64,000 bases of DNA from Myxococcales bacterium (GCA_043747615.1 JAYTOU010000077.1:32001-96000), one strand, 5' to 3'. Positions 1 through 11,426 are shown, counted from the stretch's first letter. The notes: generated by a model from the sequence alone, not told the origin. Numbers and translations: made by a program.

Positions 1-10
1 CGAGGTCGCG

Positions 11-421
11 GTGTCGATTGCTCTTCAGATGGGAGAGGCGATGGGCAAGCGGGTCGCGCAACGCCTCGGCGGTCGCGACGGCGTGAGGGAGGCGACGCTC
101 GAAGCGATGGTGACGGCGCTCGCTGCCGAGATCTCGCTCGCCGGGCTCGGTGCGCTCAGCGTCGAGCGGTGGGGCAAAGCGATGGTCTTCGTCATCCACA
201 ACGTGCCCGCGGTCGAGCACAAATTTCTCGCCGCGCTCTTCGAAGGAGCGATTGCGTCGTCGACGGGCAGCCCGGCCCATTGCGCCGTCGTGGCCAGCGA
301 TTCGGGAGGAATGCGCATCCTCGTGGCCAGCGCCACGGGCATCAACCGCGTACGCGGATGGATCGCCCAAGGCACGGGTTGGGGCGAGGCTCTCGTGCGG
401 CTGCAAGGGGATCCAACGTGA
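11..421 (+). CDS. V4R/HNOX-like small-ligand-binding domain protein, probably 5'-truncated by the window edge
   Basis: Pattern 'LAGLGALSVERWG...FLAALFEGAIASSTG' resembles V4R domains. High GC3. Stop overlaps the next GTG start (GTGA). Confidence 0.55.
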   Translation: MSIALQMGEAMGKRVAQRLGGRDGVREATLEAMVTALAAEISLAGLGALSVERWGKAMVFVIHNVPAVEHKFLAALFEGAIASSTGSPAHCAVVASDSGGMRILVASATGINRVRGWIAQGTGWGEALVRLQGDPT

Positions 422-1623
422 ATCCGAAGGACCGCATCACCCGCCTCGAAGCGCTCCTCGAGCGCGTCCAGGGCCGCACGCTCGATGTGCGTGAGCTCGC
501 GGAGACGATCGGGTCGCCGAGCAGCGACGAGACGCTCCATGCCGAGGACGTGACGCTCGACGCCGAGCTCGATGACGACACGAATGACGACACGGACGAC
601 ACGAATGACGACACGGACGACAAGCCCGCTGCGGAAACTGGCTGGTCGATTCCGGTGCCGCGTGCCGAGCTCCCGCATGCCACGAACGGCGTGTCGGGCG
701 CTGGATTGAGCGGCTTCCCTGAGGTGCTTCAGCCCGATCTTCAAGTCAATCCTCCGTCGGACCCCATGTTGCTCGTAGGGGACGACGCCACCAACCTCGA
801 CGATTACGAGGTCGCCGAGACCGTCGAGCTCGATGGAGATGGCGACGACGACGCGATTCATCATTCCAAAGCGCCGCCGCCGGCTAGCCCGCCCGTTGCC
901 GCGGTACCATCCAACCCTCCCGAAGAGAACTTGCTCGAGAGCCGTCAGCGTCTCGTGTCGGCGGCCTCTCTCGAAGCAGATGAAGACGACGACAACGAGC
1001 CGCGTTCGATTCCGCTCGTGCAACGAAGGCCTTCCCAGATCCCTTCCGATTTCATGGCCGGTGATCCGTCGGAGCCTGCGTCGACGCGTTCACCTGCTCA
1101 GGAGCCAGAGTCGCTCGGCGAGCTCGAGCTGCTCGAGGAAGCGCCCCCCTCGTCGCGCCGTCCGATCGCACAGCAGCGCTCCGACCTCGACGATTTCGAG
1201 CAAGATCTCGTGCCGTCTCCTCCGCCCGAATCGGGAAGGCAGATCGCCGTCCAAGACAGCGCGCACTTCGAGGAAGACTTCGTCGGAGGCGCGATGCCGA
1301 TGCTCGATGCGCCTCCCATGGATGACATGGCGATCGCGCTCGAGCCGGTCTCCGCCGTGATCCCCGTTCCGCAGGATGCGATGGAAATGGTGCTTCCCAA
1401 AGCGCAGTCGCCCGGTGAGTTCACGCGCTCATTCGACGACCGACCTCCGCCGCCCGCAGACGCCACGTTCGGGCCCCTTCCGAGCACGCGAGCGGGTCTG
1501 GGCCCGGAGATTGTAAGCGCCGATCTCGTCCCCACCTCGCGCGTCGCCGTTCACGGAGGCGCGCCGCCGTCGTTCACACCCTCGACTTTCGGCGAGCTTC
1601 TCGACGCGGCGCTGGGCCTCTAA
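418..1623 (+). CDS. Acidic, Pro-rich intrinsically disordered protein with short terminal amphipathic helices
   Basis: GTG at 418 is coupled to the upstream stop. D/E/P/S-rich body, N-terminal 'RITRLEALLERVQ', C-terminal 'FGELLDAALGL'. Confidence 0.75.
   Translation: MNPKDRITRLEALLERVQGRTLDVRELAETIGSPSSDETLHAEDVTLDAELDDDTNDDTDDTNDDTDDKPAAETGWSIPVPRAELPHATNGVSGAGLSGFPEVLQPDLQVNPPSDPMLLVGDDATNLDDYEVAETVELDGDGDDDAIHHSKAPPPASPPVAAVPSNPPEENLLESRQRLVSAASLEADEDDDNEPRSIPLVQRRPSQIPSDFMAGDPSEPASTRSPAQEPESLGELELLEEAPPSSRRPIAQQRSDLDDFEQDLVPSPPPESGRQIAVQDSAHFEEDFVGGAMPMLDAPPMDDMAIALEPVSAVIPVPQDAMEMVLPKAQSPGEFTRSFDDRPPPPADATFGPLPSTRAGLGPEIVSADLVPTSRVAVHGGAPPSFTPSTFGELLDAALGL
577..621 (+). repeat. In-frame 21-bp tandem repeat (gacacgaatgacgacacggac x2) encoding DTNDDTD repeats
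   Basis: Directly visible in the sequence. Confidence 0.85.
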
Positions 1624-1632
1624 AGCAGACTA

Positions 1633-1668
1633 GGGGCTGTGTCCGTAGTCGATATTTTGGGACAGCCC
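1633..1668. terminator. Imperfect inverted repeat between convergent genes (bidirectional terminator or IS-end scar)
   Basis: GGGCTGTGTCC...GGGACAGCCC lies between the stops at 1623 (+) and 1689 (-). Confidence 0.4.
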
Positions 1669-1688
1669 ACATCCTCCCGACGGTCGGA

Positions 1689-2171
1689 TTAGACCAACGC
1701 GAAGAAGCGGCAGTGGATGGCCACCGCGGCGAGCAGGCCGACTTCCGGAGCGATGCCGTCGGTGATGTTCACCGAGAACTTGTCGCTCAGCCCGCCTTCT
1801 TTTTTGATCTCGAGGGCGACGTTGCCGTGCGAATCGGCGCAGCGGAACATGCCGCTGAAGACGCCCGCGTCGGCCCAATACTCTTTGCCTGCGATTTGCA
1901 GCTTGAGCGTCTTCTTGATCGCGACACTCGGAAACTCCAACGACGCGAGCTCTTTTTCGCCTTCACCAACGACCTGGAATTTCGTTTTGCCGAAATTTCC
2001 CTTCAGCGTCGCGAGCTCTTTGCCTTCGGTTCCCTGCACGAGCCTGAACTCCTGCGAAGCGGCCATGAACGTGCCGTAGGCCGTCATGTCGACCGCGCCC
2101 GAGCCTCGCTTCGCTATGTCGTAAACCGTGCTCACGGACATCAGACGTTGCGTCACATCGAAATTAGACAT
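1689..2171 (-). CDS. LURP-one/Tubby-C/scramblase-like protein
   Basis: 160 aa from ATG 2171. Repeated beta-strand pattern and a terminal hydrophobic helix 'LLAAVAIH' typical of the tubby-C fold. Confidence 0.65.
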   Translation of the reverse strand: MSNFDVTQRLMSVSTVYDIAKRGSGAVDMTAYGTFMAASQEFRLVQGTEGKELATLKGNFGKTKFQVVGEGEKELASLEFPSVAIKKTLKLQIAGKEYWADAGVFSGMFRCADSHGNVALEIKKEGGLSDKFSVNITDGIAPEVGLLAAVAIHCRFFALV

Positions 2172-2247
2172 GGTCCCGCTCCCAGATTTGTTGAAAAACC
2201 ACTGAGCTATTTGTATCGCATGTCGCGACTCTTGTGGGAAAACCCGC

Positions 2248-3183
2248 TTATCGATCGATCGCGCCGGGCTGCACGCCAAGCCACTCGACCTCCGCAGTTC
2301 GGAGCCAGGTGCGTTGACGACGCGCAAAAATTCGTGTTGCTCGCACAATCGTGGGGCCGAGTTCTTCTCTCGGGAGCTCGCCTCCGAGGTAGGCGCGGAT
2401 CTCGCGGTAGCCGACGGAGCCCATGGCGCGTGCCTCGCCGAAGCCGCGTTCGACGAGGGTTTCGGCCTCCTCGATCCAACCGGATTCGAGCCAGACCCGC
2501 ACGCGTTCCTCGATGCGAGCCGTGAGCTCTTCGGGCGGACGGCCGACGGCGAAGACGCGCGCGTCGTAGCGGGGCTTGGCGAGAGCATGCTCGGCGTGAC
2601 CGGTGCTGAGGGGGATCCCGCTGAGCTCATAGACCTCGAGCGCCCGACTGACGCGCACGAGATCGTTCGGATGTAGGCGGGTCGCGCTGATCGGATCGAC
2701 TGCTCGAAGTCGATCATGGAGGGCCGGGCGTCCATCGCGCTCGGCCTCTTTGCGGTGACGCTCGCGAATCTCGGCGTTTGCCGGCGGCGCAGCGGAGAGA
2801 CCAAAAAGAAGGGCCTTTTGCCACAAGAACGTGCCCCCGCACACGACAGGACGCTTCTTCCGGCTGCGCGCGTCGCGGATGGCAACATCGGCCATGGCGG
2901 CAAACTGCGCGGCGTCAACGGCGTCGAGCGGATCGAGGAGGTCGACCAGGTGGTGCCGAACGCGCGCTTGCTCCGTGCTCGTCGGCTTGCCGGAACCTAT
3001 GTCGAACCCGCGGTAGATTTGAACACTGTCGGCGCTGACGATCTCACCGTCGAGGCGGGCACACAGCTCCATGGCCAAATCGCTTTTGCCACTCGCGGTC
3101 GGCCCCGCGATCGCGATGAGCGCGTCGGGAAATTCCGCGGCGAAAGCGAGCGGAGCCTCGAGCCACTTCTCGTCAACGCCCAA
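2248..3183 (-). CDS. miaA: tRNA (adenosine(37)-N6)-dimethylallyltransferase
   Basis: GPTASGKS, SADSVQIYRGFDIGSGKP, HPND..R..RALEV, GYRE motifs. Downstream of mutL. Start (TTG 3183) uncertain. Confidence 0.95.
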   Translation of the reverse strand: MGVDEKWLEAPLAFAAEFPDALIAIAGPTASGKSDLAMELCARLDGEIVSADSVQIYRGFDIGSGKPTSTEQARVRHHLVDLLDPLDAVDAAQFAAMADVAIRDARSRKKRPVVCGGTFLWQKALLFGLSAAPPANAEIRERHRKEAERDGRPALHDRLRAVDPISATRLHPNDLVRVSRALEVYELSGIPLSTGHAEHALAKPRYDARVFAVGRPPEELTARIEERVRVWLESGWIEEAETLVERGFGEARAMGSVGYREIRAYLGGELPREELGPTIVRATRIFARRQRTWLRTAEVEWLGVQPGAIDR

Positions 3184-4879
3184 CGCGGCGCTCCAGCTCG
3201 GCGAACGCGAGACGGGTGACCACCGGACGACCGTGCGGACAGTGTCCGGAAAAATCGACGTCGTCGAGCGCGGCGAGCAGTGCCGTGGCTTCGTCGGGTG
3301 AGAGGTGATCGCCTGCCCGAACGGACCCGTGGCACGCCATCGTGGCGAGCACCAGATCTGCCGCGGCACCAAAGGGACGCGCCGCCTCGCGGGTGAGCTC
3401 GGCAACGAGATCGCGCACCAGCCGCTCGGGCTGCGCGCGGATCAAGATCTTCGGCGTGGCATGGATGGCGACGGCAGACGGCCCCACCGCGCGCACTTCC
3501 ATTCCGAGCGCAGCGATCTCGTCGGCATGCTCTTCGAGGGCAGCGACATCGCGCGCTGTGAGCTCGAGCACCTCTGGAATGAGGAGGCGCTGCGAGGCAA
3601 TCTTTCGCGAGGAAAAGCCTTTTTTCAGGCGATCGAAGGTCACCCGTTCGGCCGCGGCGTGCTGATCGAGGATGTAGACGCCGTCGTCTCCTTCGCAAAC
3701 GAGAAACGTGCGCCGGACCTGCGCGAGAAATCGAAGGCGCGCGTAAAACGCAGCGGGCGCGGTGAAGAGCGCAGCCTGCGGCGCCAACCCCTCCCCGAGC
3801 GGCAGCACGTGCGGCTGCAGGGCGTCGTACGCAAACGTTTGTGCGGGGATGAACTGAGGCTTGAGCCACGGACGGGTAGGGGGACCGAGCGCGGGAATGG
3901 CGAACACCTTGGACGTCGCCGCGTAGAGCTCTCGAGTGACGGCATCGAAGAGGGCGCGCCCGTCGGCGAATCGCACCTCCGCTTTTCGAGGGTGAACGTT
4001 GACGTCTACCGACTCGGGCGGGAGATCAATGTAGAGTACACCTACCGGGAAACGCCCGGCCTCCAACACAGATCCGTAGCTCTGGGCGACGGCGCGTGCC
4101 AGCGGACGATCTTTCACCGGGCGCCCGTTGACGAAAATGTGCAGGGCCGCTGCTCCCGCCCGCGCGCGCTCCGGAGGCGCCAAGTGCGCTTCGAGGCGCA
4201 TCGGTCCTCGCTCGCCGAAGCAGGCCTCGAGACGCTCTTCGCCTACCGCCTGGGCGGCGCGTTCGCGCTTCGTCCCTACTCGCAAATACTCGCGGGCGAC
4301 CTTCCCGTCGCGAGAGAGTACGAAGGTCACGTCGGGACGGGAGAGGGCGGCCATGAGCACGACGTCTCCCACGTGGGCACTCTCGGTCGACACCGTCTTC
4401 AGGAATTTGCGCCGCGCGGGGACGTTGAAGAACAGCTCGCGCACTTCTATGCTTGTGCCGACCGCGCACCCCACGGGCTTCACGCGGGGCGCGCCGCCGC
4501 CGTCGACGGTGAGCTCCGTTCCCTCGTCCGTGCCGCGCGCCCGCGTGGTCAGGACGAGCTTGGCGACGGAGGCGATGCTCGGCAGGGCCTCTCCGCGAAA
4601 GCCGAAGGTGCCAATTTTTTGCAGGTCCTCGATGCGCGTGATCTTGCTCGTGGCGTGGCGTTCGAGGGCGAGTCGCGCGTCCTCGTCGACCATTCCTTCG
4701 CCGTCGTCCGTCACTCGGATGCGGGCGAGGCCACCTTGTTCGATCTCCACGCGGATTCGTGTAGCTCCCGCGTCGATGGCATTCTCTACGAGCTCCTTCA
4801 CCACGCTCGCGGGCCGCTCTACGACTTCACCGGCGGCGATCTGGTTGGCGAGATCGTCGGACAGGCGATGGATTTTCAT
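3173..4879 (-). CDS. mutL: DNA mismatch repair endonuclease MutL
   Basis: NQIAAGEVVERPASVVKELVENAIDAGA, GFRGEAL, DQHAAAER endonuclease motif, QRLLIP clamp motif, CPHGRP. Confidence 0.97.
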   Translation of the reverse strand: MKIHRLSDDLANQIAAGEVVERPASVVKELVENAIDAGATRIRVEIEQGGLARIRVTDDGEGMVDEDARLALERHATSKITRIEDLQKIGTFGFRGEALPSIASVAKLVLTTRARGTDEGTELTVDGGGAPRVKPVGCAVGTSIEVRELFFNVPARRKFLKTVSTESAHVGDVVLMAALSRPDVTFVLSRDGKVAREYLRVGTKRERAAQAVGEERLEACFGERGPMRLEAHLAPPERARAGAAALHIFVNGRPVKDRPLARAVAQSYGSVLEAGRFPVGVLYIDLPPESVDVNVHPRKAEVRFADGRALFDAVTRELYAATSKVFAIPALGPPTRPWLKPQFIPAQTFAYDALQPHVLPLGEGLAPQAALFTAPAAFYARLRFLAQVRRTFLVCEGDDGVYILDQHAAAERVTFDRLKKGFSSRKIASQRLLIPEVLELTARDVAALEEHADEIAALGMEVRAVGPSAVAIHATPKILIRAQPERLVRDLVAELTREAARPFGAAADLVLATMACHGSVRAGDHLSPDEATALLAALDDVDFSGHCPHGRPVVTRLAFAELERRVGR

Positions 4880-5538
4880 CACCCCTCCGGCGAACGCTTT
4901 TCCGCGGCTGCAAAAAATTCGCGCGACCGCGGCCGGGTCAGCGCGAGGAGAATCAGCAGACGCAAGAGCACCTGGATGGACAAAAAAACCGGAGGAGCGA
5001 CCCGCACGAAGCGCCGCATCATCGCGATCACCTCTTCGGACTCCGGCTTGGCCGGTTGCGCCTCCCGCAGCCCTTCTATTTGCACCGTGAGGTGGAGGTC
5101 CGTCTCGGCCCGTCGCATCTCCGTAGTCAGGAGATAGGAAGTCACGATAAGTGCAGTCTGCACGGAAATGACTTGCAGCAGTCCGCCGCGCCCGCCCTTG
5201 CGTCCCGACATTGCCCGCGCGGCAAATGCGACCAACACCGTCCCCAGGAGGAATGACGCTACAGCCAGCGGAAAGATCCGATGGCGCGTGGCGTTCATCA
5301 CGTCCGCGTAGTGCTCGGCGGCGACCGCGACCTTGGCTCGCCCCTCGCTGCTGGTGATTTCGGGGAAGGCGGCTCCGGTCTCGACCCGGTCGCTCTTGTA
5401 GTAACCGATCACCGCGCAACCATCGACGAAGCCGCTAGCCCCGAAGACCCAAGCCCCGAGAAGCGCGAGCACGAGGTAAAAAGGCCGCTTTGGCGTGGTG
5501 GCCGCGGTGGGGCGATTCGACGGCGAAGAACCCATCAC
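4879..5538 (-). CDS. Integral membrane protein (about 4 TM), unknown function
   Basis: Several hydrophobic helices. Stop overlaps the mutL start. TGcTATCCC lies 7 nt upstream of GTG 5538. Confidence 0.7.
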   Translation of the reverse strand: MMGSSPSNRPTAATTPKRPFYLVLALLGAWVFGASGFVDGCAVIGYYKSDRVETGAAFPEITSSEGRAKVAVAAEHYADVMNATRHRIFPLAVASFLLGTVLVAFAARAMSGRKGGRGGLLQVISVQTALIVTSYLLTTEMRRAETDLHLTVQIEGLREAQPAKPESEEVIAMMRRFVRVAPPVFLSIQVLLRLLILLALTRPRSREFFAAAEKRSPEG

Positions 5539-5662
5539 GGGAGGCGGGATAGCACGGCGGCCGCGGCGCGGCTCCCCCCAAACGGCGTTGTAAGGTGCAG
5601 CAAAGTCGCTAATAGTGCGCCCGCCGGAAGCCGCGAAGTCGACTCGGCAGGAGAAGAAGCGA

Positions 5663-6487
5663 ATGCGTGCGCACAAGTTCGGCCTGGGGTTGGGGGTAGG
5701 GGCGATCGTCCTCTCGGCAGCGGGCGCGTTTGGACAAGGAAAAGTGGCAGAACCGAAGCTCTCCCTCTCCGGGGCCACGGCCGAGAAGCTCAAGTCTAAC
5801 GACGAAGCGCAAATCAAAGGAGCGCTCGACGACGTTCGCATGGCGGGCAAACCGGCCGCGAGCAGCGCACCCCTCATTGGAGACCTGCTCGACAAGGGCC
5901 TTCCGCTCGCCCTCACCATTCCGGCGCTCGAGACGCTCGGCGATCTCGAAGTCGAGGCCACGAGCGCGAGCATCGCGCCCTACGTTCTTCACCGGAACCT
6001 GAAGGTTCGTCAGACCGCCGCAAAAGCGTTAGTTCGCACGAAGGGCTCCGTTGCAGTGAAGACGCTGCGTCACGCCCTCTCCGACAGCGACGCCATGGTG
6101 CGAGGCGTAGCGGCTTCCGGTCTCGGTACGCTCAAAGCGCATGACGCGGTGCCCGATCTCTTCATCGCCCTCGATCATCGCGTGGCGGAAGCGGCCGCGG
6201 CAATCGGTCAGCTCTGCAATCCGCAAGAGTGCGATTCCTTCTCTGGTCGTCTCGGTCGTCAGCCGTTCGACGTGATGACCGGCGGCTTCGATCAAATTCT
6301 CTTCCGTCCCGACGTGAACGACGACGGCAAGGTCAAGGTCGTCGGCCGCGTGCGTGAGCTCGGCACCCAGGAGGCGAGCAAGTTCCTCCGCGACGTGCAG
6401 AGCCGATGGCCAAAAACAGGCTCACCGCGGGTGAAGCAGTCGCTCGATCAGGGCGTGCAAGCGACCGGCGGGGGGATTGGCCTGTGA
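5663..6487 (+). CDS. Secreted HEAT-repeat protein
   Basis: Signal peptide ending AFG. HEAT motifs 'VRQTAAKAL', 'LSDSDAMVRGVAASGLG'. SD GGAG upstream. Confidence 0.8.
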   Translation: MRAHKFGLGLGVGAIVLSAAGAFGQGKVAEPKLSLSGATAEKLKSNDEAQIKGALDDVRMAGKPAASSAPLIGDLLDKGLPLALTIPALETLGDLEVEATSASIAPYVLHRNLKVRQTAAKALVRTKGSVAVKTLRHALSDSDAMVRGVAASGLGTLKAHDAVPDLFIALDHRVAEAAAAIGQLCNPQECDSFSGRLGRQPFDVMTGGFDQILFRPDVNDDGKVKVVGRVRELGTQEASKFLRDVQSRWPKTGSPRVKQSLDQGVQATGGGIGL

Positions 6488-8292
6488 GGAGCGCCAAACG
6501 CTTTCAGAGCGCCGTAGCCCTTGTTTTGCCGCTTCTTCTGGCAGCTGCGGCGTGCGGCGGTGCGCAGAACACCCTCAGCATCTTCTCGGGAAATTGGAGC
6601 TCCGACAACGGGGCGTCCATTGCTGAAGTCCAGACGAGACTGCGCGGCACGAGGCCGCCTCCCGGCGCCGACATCGTCGTGGGTGTCGCTGGGAACGCCG
6701 ACAAGATCATCGGCGTGCCGCTCGGCGGCGGCGCAAAATGGACGGTCAACCACCCGCTCGACTCGAGGCCGCTCATCGCCGGCACGCTGGTCATCGGCTC
6801 GGGTGGCGGAGAGCTCTTCGCGCTCGACGCGATGACCGGAAAAAAAGTTTGGACGCGCACCACCGGCGGCCTCCCTCTGCGCGGGGCAGGCGACGACGGA
6901 AACGTCACCGTGGTGACCCTAGGCCAAGGCACCGGCGGCGGCTCCACTCTTCTGGCGATCGCCCGCAACGGCGGCATCGTGCGTCAGCTGGAGACCGACA
7001 AAGCGTTGGGAATTCCCGCGGTGCTCGGCGGTCTCACGTTCGTCCCCTGGGGCAACCAGTACGTCACGGTGATCGAGCTCGCGACCGGCGACGAGATCGC
7101 GCGGATTCTCCTTCGTGAGAAGACCACCCGGGCCTGGGCCGTCGGCGGCGCTCTTTACTTCGGCGAGGTCGGGATCTTCCGCTTCGACGAGCACATCAAA
7201 GACTCGGCAAAGAATCTCGCGACCCACGTTTCGCTTCCCGCGCGCGAGCTACCGGGCTCGCCGGTGCTGATGGTGCCGGGCGAAGAGCGGCAAGGTCCCG
7301 TCTCCTCCGCGCGCGACAAGATCCGCCTTTTTGCGCGCCCGTCGGGGGCGGAGGGGCCGCTGTCGACCGACACGCAGCGCTTTTACGCCACGTATTTCCG
7401 GCTGGTGATGGGCTTCGAGTCGCAGAAGGGAAAGCTCGCCTGGGTCCACACTCACGCGGCCGACGTCATCGGCGGTAGTGCCGGCCAAGGAACCCTCGTC
7501 ACGTGCGACGAGCAGGGAAAGATCACGATCCTCGACGCCGCGAACGGCGGCGTGATCGCCGAGCACGATCTCGGTGAGGCCGTGAAGAGCTGCGTCGTCC
7601 AGGTCGACAGCTTCCGCGCTCCGAGCGCGATCAAGGTCGCCGACGGCCTCGCCGCGCAGCTCGCCGTCGCGCTCACGAGCGGAGACGCCGACCTCGCCAC
7701 GGCCCAGCGCCTTCTCCTTCGCGAGATGGCCACGCTCGACGACGAGCTCGCGACCAAGGTCCTCGTGGAGCTCGCGAGCAATCCTCGCACCGGTCCTGCG
7801 CTCCTGAGCGATGCGCGCGCCGCTCTCGCTGCCCGAAGAAATGGAGCGAAGTACATGATGGCGGCACTCGAGATGCACTACGATTTCTTGAAGGACGTGC
7901 TTCGCCCGCCGCCCGTCGGGCCCATCGCTCAGGCGCTCGCGGCGATGAAAGAGAAGCGCGCCTCACCGCTCCTCGCTTCCCACCTCATCGATCCGGCCAA
8001 CAGCGACGAAGACGTCAAGCAAGCGGCCGCGGCTCTCGCCGTGCTCGGCGACGCGAGCGAAGCAGCCTCGATGAAGGAGTTCTTCGCGCTCTACCGCGCG
8101 TCCGCCGAGACACCGGAGATGGAGGCCGCGGTCGTGAACGTAGCCCAAGGGCTGCTTCGCAATTCCGGAAAAGACGGCCGCGCGATCGTCGATCACGCGA
8201 TCGGCGATCCGATGGGCAACGCGGCTGTCATAGAAAAACTGCGCGCGCTCGTCCAATCCACCGACGCCGAAAACGCCAAAGCGAAGAACTGA
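6484..8292 (+). CDS. PQQ-like beta-propeller lipoprotein with C-terminal HEAT-like helices
   Basis: Lipobox LAAAAC. 'LFALDAMTGKKVW' and 'ILDAANGGVI' propeller motifs. GTGA overlap with the upstream gene. Confidence 0.8.
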   Translation: MRSAKRFQSAVALVLPLLLAAAACGGAQNTLSIFSGNWSSDNGASIAEVQTRLRGTRPPPGADIVVGVAGNADKIIGVPLGGGAKWTVNHPLDSRPLIAGTLVIGSGGGELFALDAMTGKKVWTRTTGGLPLRGAGDDGNVTVVTLGQGTGGGSTLLAIARNGGIVRQLETDKALGIPAVLGGLTFVPWGNQYVTVIELATGDEIARILLREKTTRAWAVGGALYFGEVGIFRFDEHIKDSAKNLATHVSLPARELPGSPVLMVPGEERQGPVSSARDKIRLFARPSGAEGPLSTDTQRFYATYFRLVMGFESQKGKLAWVHTHAADVIGGSAGQGTLVTCDEQGKITILDAANGGVIAEHDLGEAVKSCVVQVDSFRAPSAIKVADGLAAQLAVALTSGDADLATAQRLLLREMATLDDELATKVLVELASNPRTGPALLSDARAALAARRNGAKYMMAALEMHYDFLKDVLRPPPVGPIAQALAAMKEKRASPLLASHLIDPANSDEDVKQAAAALAVLGDASEAASMKEFFALYRASAETPEMEAAVVNVAQGLLRNSGKDGRAIVDHAIGDPMGNAAVIEKLRALVQSTDAENAKAKN

Positions 8293-8299
8293 CGCTTCT

Positions 8300-9007
8300 T
8301 CAGCGCTTCGGCACGAGACGGCGCCACACGCCGTATTTGCCGATGACGTAGACGGCGCGAAATCCGTCCCTCATTCCGACTTTTTTTCCTTCGGCGTACG
8401 TGCGCCCGCTGTATGAGATCGATACCTCGTAGATCCGCAGCTTCGGGATCCGTGCGAGCTTCACCGTCACCTCGGGTTCGAACCCGAAGCGATCTTCCTC
8501 GAGGTCGATCGATTGGATCACCTCGCGCCGGAAGGCTTTGTAACAAGTCTCCATGTCGGTGAGGTTGAGATCGCTCACCACGTTGCTGAGTGTGGTGAGG
8601 ATCGCGTTACCGATCGAATGCCAGAAATAAAGCACGCGGTGCGGCCCGCCGAGGAAGCGTGAGCCGTACACGACATCGGCGCGCCCGGCGACGATCGGCT
8701 CGATGAGGGTCTGGAGCTCGTCGGGGTCGTACTCGAGATCCGCGTCCTGAACGACCACGATCTGTCCGAGTGATTCGTCGAATCCGCGGCGGAGCGCTGC
8801 TCCCTTTCCCATGTTCTTGGGCTGGAAAAAGACGCGGACCCGAGGGTCTTCCTTCGCGAGCTCATGAAGGATCGCGACCGTTCCGTCGGTGCTTCCGTCG
8901 TCGACCACTACCAGCTCGAGATCGAGCGGCTGAGCGAGGACGCGCGCCACGATGGCCCGTACCGTCCGCTCTTCGTTGAAGCACGGCATGACGACCGACA
9001 ATTTCAT
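8300..9007 (-). CDS. Glycosyltransferase family 2 (DPM1/undecaprenyl-phosphate glycosyltransferase-like)
   Basis: LSVVMPCFNE, VVDDGSTDGT, NMGKGAA, QDADLEYDP, DMETCYK. Confidence 0.93.
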   Translation of the reverse strand: MKLSVVMPCFNEERTVRAIVARVLAQPLDLELVVVDDGSTDGTVAILHELAKEDPRVRVFFQPKNMGKGAALRRGFDESLGQIVVVQDADLEYDPDELQTLIEPIVAGRADVVYGSRFLGGPHRVLYFWHSIGNAILTTLSNVVSDLNLTDMETCYKAFRREVIQSIDLEEDRFGFEPEVTVKLARIPKLRIYEVSISYSGRTYAEGKKVGMRDGFRAVYVIGKYGVWRRLVPKR

Positions 9008-9025
9008 CATGCGAGGGTAGCTGTC

Positions 9026-9598
9026 CTACGTTCCAGCCCGCAAGCCGTCGACGATGCCGAGCTCTTCTTCGCGCGCGTAGAGGCAGCTTTCGCTCGCGAC
9101 CGGAAAGGTCGAGCAGGCGTCCGGTCGGATCGGGTAGATCCCGCACTTGTTGTCCTTGGCGAGATGCTGGCAGTCTTTCGACGTGAGCAAACGCAGGACG
9201 ACCTTGCCTTTGCTCTGCCGAGCGTAGGGCGGCTTCATGAGCTCCGGGCGCCCGGCGTCGACGAAGCGCTCGACGTCGTCCTCGTCGAGCTCGACGCGGT
9301 TGTCGCGGCAGCACGAGCCGCACTCCAAGCAGTCGAACTTCACCGTCCGCGTGGCGCCCTTCCACACCGCGTCGCGCTCGGCGCGATCCTTCACGATGTC
9401 GTGGCAGTCCTTGGCGATGACCACCGACGACAGGCCGCGGTAGGGGCCGGAGGTCATCTTCGTCCAGCGATCTCTCCCCATGTCGAGGAGAGACCAGTAG
9501 CCGAGGTCTTTGAGGAACCCGGCCTTGGACGGCGTGGCGAAGACCATGCGCGCGCGGCTGGAGGTTTCCCAGACCACGGCATGACCTCCGGCGCGCAC
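9026..9598 (-). CDS. YkgJ-family CxxCxxCC zinc/iron-chelating protein
   Basis: CLECGSCC, CQHL...CGIYPIRPDACSTFP. The frame stays open upstream, so the start is uncertain. Confidence 0.88.
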   Translation of the reverse strand: MRAGGHAVVWETSSRARMVFATPSKAGFLKDLGYWSLLDMGRDRWTKMTSGPYRGLSSVVIAKDCHDIVKDRAERDAVWKGATRTVKFDCLECGSCCRDNRVELDEDDVERFVDAGRPELMKPPYARQSKGKVVLRLLTSKDCQHLAKDNKCGIYPIRPDACSTFPVASESCLYAREEELGIVDGLRAGT

Positions 9599-9689
9599 GT
9601 GACGAGCGGCTTCGGTGGTGAATCGTGCTTTGAACGATCGAACGATCGGGCGGACGACGGGCGAGATTTTCAGTGGACGCTCGGGGCTG

Positions 9690-11369
<1,680 letters not shown>

Positions 11370-11426
11370 CTAACCAAGGGCGAGTTAGCACGAACCGCCC
11401 CGACGGTCGATGGCCTCGCGCGCGAG

